From IMG/VR virus record IMGVR_UViG_2671180963_000005: a stretch of 22,492 bases of DNA. One strand, written 5' to 3'. Shown here one piece after another: positions 8,307 to 18,978 of this stretch. Below the pieces are notes generated by a model. The model had not been told where the DNA came from. It did not search any database and worked only from the letters and a program-made list of their open reading frames with translations. Position 1 is the stretch's first letter. Each line of letters begins with the position of its first letter. The position numbers and the translations under genes were made by a program. Source of the stretch: a virus. Taxonomy: Duplodnaviria > Heunggongvirae > Uroviricota > Caudoviricetes.

Positions 8307-8605
8307 CGGGCAAAGAGGCAATTATTCATTACCTGGGGACGCATAAGAGCTTCTGTGCACAGGACGTTGCCGCGGTAACAGGCGCAACCGTAACCAGCAT
8401 AAATCAGGCTGCGGCTAAAATGGCGCGGGCAGGAATCCTGGTCGTTGATGGTAAGGTCTGGCGAACGGTGTATTACCGGTTCGCTACCAGAGAAGAACGG
8501 GAAGGAAAGGTGAGCACGAATCTGATTTTTAAGGAGTGTCGCCAGAGTGCCGCGATGAAACGGGTATTGAGGGTATATAAAAGAACATCAATGGGAACAC
8601 AATGA
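8303..8605 (+). CDS. ren: Ren (Rex-exclusion relief protein)
   Basis: 100 aa, close match to lambda Ren (MTGKEAIIHYLGTH…ATREEREGK…); ATGA overlap with the P stop. Confidence 0.9.
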   Translation: MTGKEAIIHYLGTHKSFCAQDVAAVTGATVTSINQAAAKMARAGILVVDGKVWRTVYYRFATREEREGKVSTNLIFKECRQSAAMKRVLRVYKRTSMGTQ

Positions 8606-8672
8606 TGAAACAGGTGAGTTGAGTTCAAACTGTAGTACAATTCTCTCCAGTTTGAACAGGAAAGAATATGCT

Positions 8673-9005
8673 ATGAATCCTTATATTTATCTTGGTGGTG
8701 CAATACTTGCAGAGGTCATTGGTACAACCTTAATGAAGTTTTCAGAAGGTTTTACACGGTTATGGCCATCTGTTGGTACAATTATTTGTTATTGTGCATC
8801 ATTCTGGTTATTAGCTCAGACGCTGGCTTATATTCCTACAGGGATTGCTTATGCTATCTGGTCAGGAGTCGGTATTGTCCTGATTAGCTTACTATCATGG
8901 GGATTTTTCGGCCAACGGTTGGACCTGCCAGCCATTATAGGCATGATGTTGATTTGTGCCGGTGTGTTGGTTATTAATTTATTGTCACGAAGCACACCAC
9001 ATTAA
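8673..9005 (+). CDS. emrE: EmrE small multidrug resistance efflux transporter
   Basis: 110 aa from the ATG at 8673, recognised as E. coli EmrE (MNPYIYLGGAILAEVIGTTLMKFSEGF… with Glu14); four TM helices; the ORF-track start at 8619 is an upstream extension. Confidence 0.95.
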   Translation: MNPYIYLGGAILAEVIGTTLMKFSEGFTRLWPSVGTIICYCASFWLLAQTLAYIPTGIAYAIWSGVGIVLISLLSWGFFGQRLDLPAIIGMMLICAGVLVINLLSRSTPH

Positions 9006-9260
9006 AAATAATTTGTTTTTAAACGACTAAAATATGGAGGCTCGTATATTTATATGGGCCTCGTTTTATGCTTTTTGTTAATGTCTTTAGTTTTTATTCA
9101 TTCTTTTGTGCTTTCAAGATTATGGTGTAAGAAAATTGCAATACGATTATTGTTGTATATTCAAGATAATGTGACCTTAATTGTCTTTTTAAATAAAAAT
9201 TAAACAAAAATTATATCCCACCACTAAGGTTTATAAAAGCATACGTTAGCAGGTGTCACC

Positions 9261-10787
9261 ATGAAAAAAGCCATAGCATATATGCGATTTTCATCACCAG
9301 GTCAGATGTCTGGTGATTCATTAAACCGCCAGAGAAGGCTTATTACTGAATGGCTAAAGGTAAATAGTGATTATTACCTTGATACCGTAACGTATGAAGA
9401 TTTGGGGTTAAGCGCATTCAATGGAAAGCATGCACAATCAGGAGCTTTTTCGGAATTTTTAGATGCTATAGAACATGGTTATATATTGCCAGGGACTACA
9501 TTGTTAGTTGAAAGTCTGGACAGACTTTCAAGAGAAAAAGTCGGTGAGGCGATTGAGCGTCTGAAATTGATTTTGAATCACGGTATTGATGTTATAACTC
9601 TTTGCGATAATACAGTCTATAATATTGACTCATTGAATGAGCCATATTCATTAATAAAAGCCATACTTATAGCACAAAGGGCAAATGAAGAAAGCGAGAT
9701 AAAGTCAAGTCGGGTTAAATTATCATGGAAGAAAAAACGGCAGGATGCACTGGAGTCAGGCACGATTATGACGGCGTCTTGTCCGAGATGGCTCTCATTG
9801 GATGACAAAAGAACGGCTTTTGTTCCAGACCCCGACAGGGTGAAAACTATTGAGCTAATTTTTAAACTCAGGATGGAAAGGCGCTCATTGAATGCAATAG
9901 CCAAGTATTTAAATGATCATGCTGTAAAGAATTTCTCAGGAAAAGAAAGTGCATGGGGACCTTCTGTAATTGAAAAATTATTAGCGAATAAAGCTCTGAT
10001 AGGTATATGCGTACCTTCATATCGTGCAAGAGGTAAAGGAATAAGTGAAATCGCTGGCTATTATCCCAGAGTCATATCAGATGATTTGTTTTACGCTGTG
10101 CAGGAAATTCGGTTGGCACCTTTTGGTATTAGCAATAGTAGCAAAAATCCTATGTTGATAAATCTACTTCGAACAGTTATGAAGTGCGAGGCTTGTGGTA
10201 ATACCATGATTGTTCATGCGGTATCTGGAAGTTTGCATGGCTATTATGTTTGTCCGATGAGAAGACTGCATCGATGTGACAGGCCATCAATAAAGAGAGA
10301 TTTGGTTGATTATAATATCATTAATGAGTTGCTTTTTAATTGTAGTAAAATCCAACCAGTTGAAAACAAGAAAGATGCTAATGAAACTTTAGAGTTGAAA
10401 ATTATTGAGCTCCAGATGAAAATTAATAATTTAATTGCTGCATTATCTGTTGCGCCTGAAGTTACCGCTATAGCAGAAAAAATCAGAGTATTAGATAAGG
10501 AATTACGAAGGGCTTCTGTATCATTAAAAACTTTGAAGAGTAAAGCGGTGAGTTCACTTGGTGATTTTCATGCTATTGACTTAACCAGTAAAAATGGGCG
10601 AGAGCTATGTCGTACACTTGCCTATAAAACATTCGAAAAAATCATAATCAATACAGATAATAAAACCTGTGATATCTATTTTATGAATGGCATTGTTTTT
10701 AAACACTATCCTTTAATGAAAACAATATCCGCCCAGCAGGCGATAAGTACTCTCAAATATATGGTTGATGGTGAGGTTTATTTTTGA
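9261..10787 (+). CDS. ybcK: YbcK-like large serine recombinase
   Basis: 508 aa; N-terminal resolvase catalytic domain (YMRFSSPGQ); matches DLP12 YbcK as remembered; AT-rich; follows emrE as in DLP12. Confidence 0.9.
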   Translation: MKKAIAYMRFSSPGQMSGDSLNRQRRLITEWLKVNSDYYLDTVTYEDLGLSAFNGKHAQSGAFSEFLDAIEHGYILPGTTLLVESLDRLSREKVGEAIERLKLILNHGIDVITLCDNTVYNIDSLNEPYSLIKAILIAQRANEESEIKSSRVKLSWKKKRQDALESGTIMTASCPRWLSLDDKRTAFVPDPDRVKTIELIFKLRMERRSLNAIAKYLNDHAVKNFSGKESAWGPSVIEKLLANKALIGICVPSYRARGKGISEIAGYYPRVISDDLFYAVQEIRLAPFGISNSSKNPMLINLLRTVMKCEACGNTMIVHAVSGSLHGYYVCPMRRLHRCDRPSIKRDLVDYNIINELLFNCSKIQPVENKKDANETLELKIIELQMKINNLIAALSVAPEVTAIAEKIRVLDKELRRASVSLKTLKSKAVSSLGDFHAIDLTSKNGRELCRTLAYKTFEKIIINTDNKTCDIYFMNGIVFKHYPLMKTISAQQAISTLKYMVDGEVYF

Positions 10788-10898
10788 GTAATAATCACTT
10801 TTTCAACCGTGCTATAGTAAGAAAGTTAGGTAAGTACAATAAAATTATCTATCCTGAACGAAGCGTCCTGAGCTATGGTTTTACTATAGGGACTGCCA

Positions 10899-11198
10899 AT
10901 GGATGCTGGCGTTCTCGTTCTAGCAGTTCAACAATACCCAATCACAAAACAATTCACTGATAACAAACTTTGTGCACGTGCTTGGTTATGGCGAGCAGGT
11001 GATGTGATGTTAACTGCCTGCCAGAACGTTACTCCACTACTTCAGGTTGCGGAGCACCGCGAAGCCGGCCGCTTTACTTCTATCGAGCAAGAATATCCCC
11101 AGATACTCAACAGAGCGCGAGCAATCCTCGCCAGAGAAACGGCACATGTAAAATTCCAGCCGTGGCTGGATGATAAGTGGAGTCGAGTGTTACCATAA
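10899..11198 (+). CDS. Hypothetical protein (99 aa), unknown function
   Basis: ORF followed by a terminator hairpin; no recognised homology; start uncertain. Confidence 0.35.
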   Translation: MDAGVLVLAVQQYPITKQFTDNKLCARAWLWRAGDVMLTACQNVTPLLQVAEHREAGRFTSIEQEYPQILNRARAILARETAHVKFQPWLDDKWSRVLP

Positions 11199-11240
11199 TT
11201 CCGTCAGAATCTGTTCCAATAAAGTCACTAGTTAGAAATA

Positions 11241-11279
11241 CTGCCAGCATTCTACGATGACGGAAGTGCTGGCATTTTT
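11241..11279 (+). terminator. Rho-independent terminator
   Basis: Stem TGCCAGCA (11241-11248) / TGCTGGCA (11266-11273) followed by TTTTTT, just downstream of the 99-aa ORF. Confidence 0.6.
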
Positions 11280-11456
11280 TGGGTAATATGCGAGTCCATT
11301 TCATAAAATACGGGTGCTGTAAACTGGACGATATAATCTAAAATATACCATTACCAGTAGCGTTCAAATCGCTATGTGCCGATACGGATAAAATTATATT
11401 GATTGTGCACATACCTTATTGGATATTACTGAGGGGTATTTATATAAGGTGTAACG

Positions 11457-11966
11457 ATGATGTGGAACTTTGACAGTGCCGACTTAAGTGCAATAGCAGC
11501 AGGTATTTCTGCGTTTGGCACATTAGCCGCAGCGGGGTCGGCGCTTGCAAGTTGGTACACGTCAAAAAAAGCGCTGCAGCTACAAAATAGAGTTTACCTT
11601 TATGAGTCTTTAAAGGCTTGCGCTGAGAGAGCCAATTCATCAGCTAAAGATAAGCGCGGATCTGAATGGAGCGTTAATGATGCAGCGGATATCATCAGGT
11701 GCCTAGTACGGGCGATGGAGATCATCAAGCAGGATAGCCAGCAGAAAGAAGGTAATCAGGCATTAATGTTGAAACAGTACTTTGTTAATCTGCTAATAAT
11801 GGAACTGTACGAGGAAGTTCATAACGGTGATGCGGCTGATTCTGTTTTTAAAAGTACGGAACCTACACAAGTACTTGATAACTTATGGAGCAAATGGCAG
11901 GAGGCTATAGCTTTTTTTGATATTTGGAATTACCCAGTTGCGACTGAGGAAGACTTGGCAGACTAA
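11457..11966 (+). CDS. Hypothetical membrane-anchored protein (169 aa): N-terminal hydrophobic helix, helical acidic C-domain
   Basis: SD AAGGTG upstream of the ATG; predicted TM segment AIAAGISAFGTLAAAGSALASW; no homologue recognised; sits in the nin-region cargo position. Confidence 0.55.
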   Translation: MMWNFDSADLSAIAAGISAFGTLAAAGSALASWYTSKKALQLQNRVYLYESLKACAERANSSAKDKRGSEWSVNDAADIIRCLVRAMEIIKQDSQQKEGNQALMLKQYFVNLLIMELYEEVHNGDAADSVFKSTEPTQVLDNLWSKWQEAIAFFDIWNYPVATEEDLAD

Positions 11967-12160
11967 TTTTCAGCACATTTGATTTCCAATAATCAACCAG
12001 CCATAATCATGCCATTGGGGCCTGAACAACTCCGGTGACTTCTGCGCTAAACGGGGACGTTTATGCGCACATACAATCCAACCTCTCTTCTCCATTCACA
12101 GATGCAGAAATGCACCTGCGATATTTTGCATCCAGCGTTTGATCTCTGCGGAGGTGAAGC

Positions 12161-12378
12161 GTGAACCTCCCACAAGATGGTATCAAATTGCATCGCGGTA
12201 ACTTCACCGCTATCGGTCGGCAGATCCAGCCTTATCTGGAGGACGGCAAATGCTTTCGCATGGTGCTTAAACCGTGGCGCGAGAGACGCAGTCTTTCCCA
12301 GAATGCACTCAGCCACATGTGGTACAGCGAAATCAGTGAATACCTCATCAGCAAGGGTAAAACGTTCGCCACTCCAGC
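12161..12378 (+). pseudogene. NinB/YbcN-family protein, N-terminal fragment only (truncated at a deletion junction)
   Basis: GTG start with strong SD GGAGGTG; about 70 codons resembling the DLP12 YbcN/NinB N-terminus (…RSLSQNALSHMWYSEISEYL…), then the frame runs into J-derived sequence and stops. Confidence 0.5.
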
Positions 12379-12381
12379 TTG

Positions 12382-13228
12382 GGTATCCGCACCGGCGGGC
12401 GCGTGCTGGCGGTAAACAGCCAGACCCGGACGCTGACGCTCGACCGTGAAATCACGCTGCCATCTTCCGGCACCACGCTGATAAGCCTGGTTGACGGGCA
12501 GGGGAGTCCGGTCAGCGTGGAGGTTCAGTCCGTCACCGACGGCGTGAAGGTGAAAGTGAGCCGTGTTCCTGACGGCGTTGCTGAATACAGCGTATGGGGG
12601 CTGAAGCTGCCGACGTTGCGCCAGCGCCTGTTCCGCTGCGTGAGTATCCGTGAGAACGACGACGGCACGTATGCCATCACCGCCGTGCAGCATGTACCGG
12701 AAAAAGAGGCCATCGTGGATATTGAGAACACCCCTGACGGCATGCAGAGTCAGGTGCTGCTGGCGGCGGACAGGATTGCGATGGTTAATCCTGCGAATGG
12801 CAACACAAAACCGATGTTTGTTGGTCAGGGCGATCAGATATTCATGAACGACGTGTTCCTGAAACGCCTGACGGCCCCCACCATTACCAGCGGTGGAAAT
12901 CCACCGGCATTTTCCCTGACACCGGACGGAAAGCTGACCGCTAAAAATGCGGATATCAGTGGCAGTGTGAATGCGAACGCCGGGACGCTCAACAATGTCA
13001 CGGTAAATGAAAACTGTACGATTAAGGGCATGCTGGAGGCGACTCAGGTCAGAGGTGACTTCGTTAAAGCTGTATCCAAATCATTCCCGAAACAGGCTGG
13101 TACGTGGGGTAATACGGAAACACCAAACGGGACGGTTACAGTCACCATCAGCGATGATCATAACTTTGACCGTCAAATCATTATTCCGCCCATTATCTTT
13201 AACGGAATAGCGTATAGCGATCCGGGAA
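12382..13228 (+). pseudogene. J: Tail tip/host-specificity protein J, C-terminal remnant (N-terminal ~700 codons missing, internal gap, C-terminal end replaced)
   Basis: Translation matches lambda J segments [30 protein letters not shown]…[29 protein letters not shown] and …[54 protein letters not shown]…DDH.FDRQI; no start codon or upstream J sequence. Confidence 0.8.
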
Positions 13229-16078
13229 GTGGTAATAACCGATGCTGCAGGCTCAGCACGTGCCGCCAGCACGTCAGCCGGACAGGCCGCGTCGTCGGCT
13301 CAGTCAGCGTCTTCCAGCGCAGGAACGGCATCGACAAAGGCCCGTGAAGCAGCAAAAAGTGCTGCTGCAGAGTCCTCAAAAAGCGCGGCAGCTACCAGTG
13401 CCGGTGCGGCGAAAACGTCAGAAACGAATGCGGCAGCGTCACAACAATCAGCAGCCACTTCTGCATCCGCCGCGACCACGAAGGCGTCAGAAGCAGCCAC
13501 CTCAGCCCGGGATGCGGCGGCCTCAAAAGAGGCAGCGAAATCATCAGAAACGAACGCATCATCAAGCGCCAGTAGTGCCGCTTCCTCGGCAACGGCGGCA
13601 GGCAATTCCGCGAAGGCGGCAAAGACGTCTGAGACAAACGCCAGGTCTTCTGAAACGGCAGCGGGACAGAGCGCCTCGGCTGCGGCAGGCTCAAAAACAG
13701 CGGCTGCGTCGTCTGCCAGTGCCGCGTCAACAAGTGCCGGGCAGGCCTCAGCCAGTGCCACCGCCGCCGGAAAATCGGCAGAAAGCGCCGCATCGTCTGC
13801 TTCAACAGCCACAACGAAGGCTGGCGAAGCCGCTGAACAGGCCAGCGCAGCAGCGAGGTCTGCATCCGCAGCGAAGACATCCGAAACGAACGCGAAAGCC
13901 TCGGAAACCAGTGCAGAATCCTCAAAAATGGCAGCTGCATCGTCCGCCAGTTCGGCGGCGTCATCGGCATCATCTGCGTCTGCTTCAAAAGATGAGGCGA
14001 GCAGACAGGCATCAGCAGCGAAAGGCAGCGCCACGACAGCATCCACGAAGGCGACAGAGGCAGCTGGCAGTGCGACGGCGGCATCTCAGAGCAAAACTAC
14101 TGCTGAATCCGCTGCGACCCGTGCGGAAGCTGCTGCTGATCGTGCTGAAGAGATTGCCGGTGCAGTTGCGATGGAAGACGCAAGCCTTACAACTAAAGGT
14201 GTTGTGAAACTTAGCAGTGCTGTTGATAGCACCAGTGAATCGCTGGCCGCAACGCCAAAAGCAGTTAAAGCAGCCAATGACAATGCGAATAGCAGGGTGC
14301 CATCTAACCGAAAAGTTAACGGAAAAGCACTGACTGCGGATATAACATTAACGCCGAAAGATATTGGTACTTTAAATTCAGTAACGATGTCTTTCTCTGG
14401 CGGGGCTGGGTGGTTCAAACTGGCTACGGTTACCATGCCACAAGCGAGTTCCATCGTTTACATCGCATTGATTGGTGGCGCTGGTTACAACGTCGGTTCC
14501 CCACATCAGGCAGGCATTTCAGAACTGGTTCTACGAGCAGGCAATGGAAACCCCAAAGGAATTACCGGGGCTTTGTGGAAGCGTACAGCCGTCGGATTAA
14601 CGAATTTCGCCTGGATCAACACATCCGGCGATACATATGATATTTACGTTGAGATTGGCAATTATGCGACGAGTGTAAATATCCATTGGGATTGTACTGC
14701 AAATGCGTCAGTTTCTGTTTATACCTCGCCAACATATTCAGCGAGTAAGCCTTCCAGCGTTACCTATGGTGTTGTTTATACGATGTATAGCTCACATCAG
14801 AAACCTACACCATCAGATATTGGAGCACTGCCAACAACCGGAGGAACAGTTTCAGGTCCGTTGTCTGTTACAGGTGGATTAACTGGTTCATTGAATGGTA
14901 ATGCAAGTACAGCCACGAAATTGCAGACGGCAAGATCTATCGGTGGAGTTGTTTTCGACGGTTCTGCAAATATTAACCTTCCAGGTGTAAACACTACGGG
15001 TAATCAGAACACCACTGGTAATGCTGCAACTGCTACAAAACTCCAGACTGCAAGAAAAATATCCGGTGTTCCATTTGATGGTTCCAAAGATATTACTTTA
15101 ACCGCCGCGCATGTGGCTGCTTTTGCCAGAAGGGCAACGGATACATATGCCGATGCGGATGGTGGCGTTCCCTGGAATGCCGAATCAGGCGCTTACAATG
15201 TCACCCGCTCTGGCGACAGCTATATTCTGGTTAACTTCTATACCGGAGTCGGAAGTTGCCGGACCCTGCAGATGAAGGCGCATTACAGAAATGGTGGTCT
15301 GTTCTACCGTTCTTCAAGAGACGGTTATGGTTTTGAGGAAGGCTGGGCAGAAGTTTATACCTCGAAAAATCTTCCACCAGAAAGCTACCCAGTCGGCGCA
15401 CCAATCCCGTGGCCATCAGATACCGTTCCGTCTGGTTATGCCCTGATGCAGGGGCAGACTTTTGACAAATCTGCTTACCCGAAACTTGCAGCCGCTTATC
15501 CGTCAGGCGTGATCCCTGATATGCGTGGCTGGACGATTAAGGGCAAACCTGCCAGTGGTCGGGCCGTATTGTCTCAGGAACAGGACGGCATTAAATCGCA
15601 CACCCACAGCGCCAGCGCATCCAGTACGGATTTGGGGACGAAAACCACATCGTCGTTTGATTACGGAACCAAATCCACGAATAACACCGGGGCGCATACC
15701 CATAGTATTAGCGGGACCGCAAATAGTGCCGGTGCGCACCAACACAAGAGTTCCGGTGCATTTGGTGGCACGAACACGAGCATTTTCCCTAATGGTTATA
15801 CCGCGATTTCAAATCTAAGCGCGGGGATTATGAGCACAACAAGCGGTAGTGGCCAGACTCGTAATGCAGGGAAGACATCATCAGATGGTGCTCATACCCA
15901 CTCGCTGTCCGGCACTGCTGCAAGCGCAGGCGCACATGCACATACTGTCGGTATTGGTGCTCATACGCACTCCGTTGCGATTGGCTCACATGGACACACC
16001 ATCACCGTTAACGCTGCTGGTAACGCGGAAAACACCGTCAAAAACATCGCATTTAACTACATTGTGAGGCTTGCATAA
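13229..16078 (+). CDS. stf: Side tail fibre protein Stf, 5'-truncated relative to lambda Stf (possibly non-functional)
   Basis: 949-aa ORF from a GTG; homology to lambda Stf begins at its residue ~128 (VTDA…[17 protein letters not shown]); Ala/Ser/Thr-rich repeats (AKTSETNA); C-terminus with His-rich GAH(T/A)HS repeats and …[25 protein letters not shown] as in lambda. Confidence 0.8.
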   Translation: MVITDAAGSARAASTSAGQAASSAQSASSSAGTASTKAREAAKSAAAESSKSAAATSAGAAKTSETNAAASQQSAATSASAATTKASEAATSARDAAASKEAAKSSETNASSSASSAASSATAAGNSAKAAKTSETNARSSETAAGQSASAAAGSKTAAASSASAASTSAGQASASATAAGKSAESAASSASTATTKAGEAAEQASAAARSASAAKTSETNAKASETSAESSKMAAASSASSAASSASSASASKDEASRQASAAKGSATTASTKATEAAGSATAASQSKTTAESAATRAEAAADRAEEIAGAVAMEDASLTTKGVVKLSSAVDSTSESLAATPKAVKAANDNANSRVPSNRKVNGKALTADITLTPKDIGTLNSVTMSFSGGAGWFKLATVTMPQASSIVYIALIGGAGYNVGSPHQAGISELVLRAGNGNPKGITGALWKRTAVGLTNFAWINTSGDTYDIYVEIGNYATSVNIHWDCTANASVSVYTSPTYSASKPSSVTYGVVYTMYSSHQKPTPSDIGALPTTGGTVSGPLSVTGGLTGSLNGNASTATKLQTARSIGGVVFDGSANINLPGVNTTGNQNTTGNAATATKLQTARKISGVPFDGSKDITLTAAHVAAFARRATDTYADADGGVPWNAESGAYNVTRSGDSYILVNFYTGVGSCRTLQMKAHYRNGGLFYRSSRDGYGFEEGWAEVYTSKNLPPESYPVGAPIPWPSDTVPSGYALMQGQTFDKSAYPKLAAAYPSGVIPDMRGWTIKGKPASGRAVLSQEQDGIKSHTHSASASSTDLGTKTTSSFDYGTKSTNNTGAHTHSISGTANSAGAHQHKSSGAFGGTNTSIFPNGYTAISNLSAGIMSTTSGSGQTRNAGKTSSDGAHTHSLSGTAASAGAHAHTVGIGAHTHSVAIGSHGHTITVNAAGNAENTVKNIAFNYIVRLA

Positions 16079-16662
16079 TGGCATTCAGAATGAGTGAACA
16101 ACCACGGACCATAAAAATTTATAATCTGCTGGCCGGAACTAATGAATTTATTGGTGAAGGTGACGCATATATTCCGCCTCATACAGGTCTGCCAGCAAAC
16201 AGTACCTATATTGCACCGCCAGATATTCCGGTAGGCTTCGTGGCTGTTTTCAACAGTGATGAGGCATCGTGGCATCTCGTTGAAGATCATCGGGGAAAAA
16301 CCGTCTATGACGTGGCTTCCGGCGACTCGTTATTTATTTCTGAACTCGGACCTCTACCGGAAAATATCACCTGGTTATCCCCGGAAGGGGAGTTTCAGAA
16401 GTGGAACGGCACAGCCTGGGTGAAGGATACGGAAGCAGAAAAACTGTTCCGGATCCGGGAGGCGGAAGAAACAAAAAACAGCCTGATGCAGGTAGCCAGT
16501 GAGCATATTGCCCCGCTTCAGGATGCTGCAGATCTGGAAATCGCAACGGAGGAAGAAACCTCGTTGCTTGAAGCCTGGAAGAAGTATCGGGTGTTGCTGA
16601 ATCGTGTTGATACATCAACTGCACCTGATATTGAGTGGCCTGCAATCCCTGTTATGGAATAA
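16078..16662 (+). CDS. tfa: Tail fibre assembly protein Tfa
   Basis: 194 aa, near-identical to lambda Tfa ([24 protein letters not shown]…); start overlaps the stf stop (TAATG). Confidence 0.95.
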   Translation: MAFRMSEQPRTIKIYNLLAGTNEFIGEGDAYIPPHTGLPANSTYIAPPDIPVGFVAVFNSDEASWHLVEDHRGKTVYDVASGDSLFISELGPLPENITWLSPEGEFQKWNGTAWVKDTEAEKLFRIREAEETKNSLMQVASEHIAPLQDAADLEIATEEETSLLEAWKKYRVLLNRVDTSTAPDIEWPAIPVME

Positions 16663-17022
16663 TAGTTTTGTGATATGCCGCAGAAACGTTATATGCAATA
16701 ACGTGCTGCGGTTGGCTGATGTACTTTCGAGAGTGTATTGAATAATTTCCAACCGTCATTAATTTTATTTATTTTTTGTATGAGAGGATTTGAACCTCCG
16801 AGCCTCGACACCTTATGACAACGCGATATTGCCTTGATGACCGCCATGTGCCAAAATAACCAATTGATAAATAAGTTGATTTTAATTGGTTGGAAGCAAG
16901 TCAGGTCAAATTCAGCATTCCGCTCTCTGTATCGGATAGTTAAATTTTTCTATAACTGATAGTAATATGTTAAAACTCACACAGATAAATTATCATTGCT
17001 CAACAAGTATAATGGAGTTCCC

Positions 17023-18978
17023 GTGGATACAGCAGAACATGATGGCAAGTTTGCTTGGGCTAGTTTTTATGAGGCTTTTGCCAACGCGTTACTGACTTGG
17101 CGAAATCGTAGAGATGAATTAGTCAAAGGTATTCATCTAATTGCCTCGGGTGTGGAAGGAATGTCCCATCTGCAGGACAAATCTATTATGGGAGAGATCT
17201 TTCCCTTAAAAGACATTTGTCCGTTTACTACTATGGGCTTGTTCAATCGTAACTTGACCGACAGCAATCGCAAAATTATTGCTGCCAAGCTAGCGAATTT
17301 GTTGGGCGTGAACGAACCGATTCCTGACTCCTTTGCCGGAATCCCTCTGTTGAATAACCAAAAATCTTGGTTCTTTGGTTATGAAAAGTCACGCGACCCT
17401 AATGACATTGAATGCTTGTGGGAAATGTTCTCACAGGCAATGATCTTTGCGGATAACCAGAATACTAACTCTGCAGACTTCACTGCCGCATATGACATCG
17501 CTTCTACAGTAATGAATGTCGGTTGGAATCTCACCATGGGGTTGTACTGGACCCGTCCTTGGTTCTACCCCACTTTAGATAGCCAGTCGCAGTATTACAT
17601 TCAGACAGTGTTAAACATTAAGATCATTAAAAACGGGGCAAAAGGTCGCTGTAGTGGACAAAGTTACCTGAGTCTTATGCGGGCGCTGAACGAGGTCTTT
17701 ACCCAACCAAACTATCCGGTTCATTCTTTCCCAGAACTTTCCTTATCAGCGTGGAATACAGATCTTAGCCAGTCTAAAGATGAGGTGGCAAATAGAACGT
17801 GGAAAGCCTCTTTACTGAATAAAATTAAGGCGTTATGCCTGAAAAAAAATGGCCCTTATTTCACTGCTTCGGAGTTGGAAGAAAACTACTTGGACGTATT
17901 CAAGGTAGAGCATCCTGAGAGCAAAACTGTTACAAGCTCAATCTACTTTTATCTACAGAAACTATGCAATGATGATGAGTTAAAGTCCCTCGAGTCCGGA
18001 AATTATGAATACCTGAATTTTGAGAAAAACGAATCCCAGACGATAACTGAGGAAACTGTCGAAGAGAGTGCGCTGTTGCCAAAACTCACCCACGTTCCTT
18101 ATGACATCAGTCATCTGGTGCAGGATGGCTGTTTCTTGGAAGAGGCTAAGATCCAACTCACACTTCAGCGCCTGATCGACAAGAAAAACCTGATATTACA
18201 AGGACCACCCGGAACTGGAAAAACTTGGTTAGCGCGACGTCTGGCGTACTGCTTGATGGGAGAAAAAGCACCTGAGCGTATTAGCGCGGTGCAATTTCAC
18301 CCGAACCTCTCTTACGAAGACTTTATTCGAGGCTGGCGTCCAGGTAAAGAAGGGCAATTGACGCTAATTGATGGACCTTTTGTAAATGCAATCAAAACTG
18401 CAGTCAATAATCCTACCTCGAAATATGTGGTGATAATTGAAGAGATTAATCGTGGCAATCCGGCGCAAATCTTCGGTGAAACACTCACGTTGATGGAAGC
18501 AGATAAACGCACGCCGACTGAGGCATTATCTCTTTCCTATCCTAAAAATGCTGATGAAAAAATATACATTCCTGAGAATCTATATATCATCGGTACGATG
18601 AATATTGCAGACCGCTCACTCGCACTACTTGACCTAGCGCTGCGCCGTCGTTTCGCGTTTATCGATCTAAAGCCAGCTTTTAATGACGCGTGGAGAAACT
18701 GGGTAAATTATAATTACGCAATTGATTTTGACATGTTAGCATTCATCAAATCTCGACTGACGGTATTAAACGATATGCTGGCAAAAGATGTTACCTTAGG
18801 ACCACAGTTTTGTATCGGTCACAGCTATGTCACCCCAGCTATCGGCCAAAAAATCAACGATGCCCAGGCTTGGTATGAACAAGTCGTTGATACAGAGATC
18901 TGCCCTTTGCTCGCCGAATATTGGTTCGATGCTCCAAATAAAGTCGATGAAGCCAGAAAAGTGTTATTAGCAAAATGA
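17023..18978 (+). CDS. McrB-like AAA+ GTPase subunit of a type IV (modification-dependent) restriction system, with a long unrecognised N-terminal domain (~380 aa)
   Basis: C-terminal half aligns with E. coli McrB GTPase motifs: GPPGTGKT (Walker A), VVIIEEINRGN, NIADRS, LRRRF; start taken as the GTG at 17023 after SD GGAG (ORF track begins at a TTG at 16996); N-terminal region unlike K-12 McrB-N. Confidence 0.85.
   Translation: MDTAEHDGKFAWASFYEAFANALLTWRNRRDELVKGIHLIASGVEGMSHLQDKSIMGEIFPLKDICPFTTMGLFNRNLTDSNRKIIAAKLANLLGVNEPIPDSFAGIPLLNNQKSWFFGYEKSRDPNDIECLWEMFSQAMIFADNQNTNSADFTAAYDIASTVMNVGWNLTMGLYWTRPWFYPTLDSQSQYYIQTVLNIKIIKNGAKGRCSGQSYLSLMRALNEVFTQPNYPVHSFPELSLSAWNTDLSQSKDEVANRTWKASLLNKIKALCLKKNGPYFTASELEENYLDVFKVEHPESKTVTSSIYFYLQKLCNDDELKSLESGNYEYLNFEKNESQTITEETVEESALLPKLTHVPYDISHLVQDGCFLEEAKIQLTLQRLIDKKNLILQGPPGTGKTWLARRLAYCLMGEKAPERISAVQFHPNLSYEDFIRGWRPGKEGQLTLIDGPFVNAIKTAVNNPTSKYVVIIEEINRGNPAQIFGETLTLMEADKRTPTEALSLSYPKNADEKIYIPENLYIIGTMNIADRSLALLDLALRRRFAFIDLKPAFNDAWRNWVNYNYAIDFDMLAFIKSRLTVLNDMLAKDVTLGPQFCIGHSYVTPAIGQKINDAQAWYEQVVDTEICPLLAEYWFDAPNKVDEARKVLLAK

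Noticed and set aside
9006-9260. Short hydrophobic ORFs (15-27 codons) in the AT-rich gap between emrE and ybcK
   Set aside because: No SD and very AT-rich sequence; more likely promoter/leader DNA for ybcK than genes.
12047-12743. Minus-strand ORFs (12047-12316, 12232-12693, 12525-12743) overlapping the ybcN-like and J fragments
   Set aside because: Antisense to frames with clear homology; no independent support.
13242-14454. Long alternative-frame ORFs on both strands within stf (13242-14207 +, 13300-14046 -, 13392-14084 -, 14086-14454 -)
   Set aside because: They are artefacts of the GC-rich Ala/Ser/Thr-repeat region of stf (Arg/Pro/Gln-rich or poly-Ala translations); the stf frame is the one with homology to lambda Stf.
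16785-16815. tRNA-like T-arm on the minus strand (GGAGGTTCAAATCCTCTC, resembling the tRNA-Pro T-arm)
   Set aside because: No acceptor-stem pairing, D-arm or anticodon arm could be built around it; at best a tRNA 3'-end remnant, so not called as a tRNA gene.
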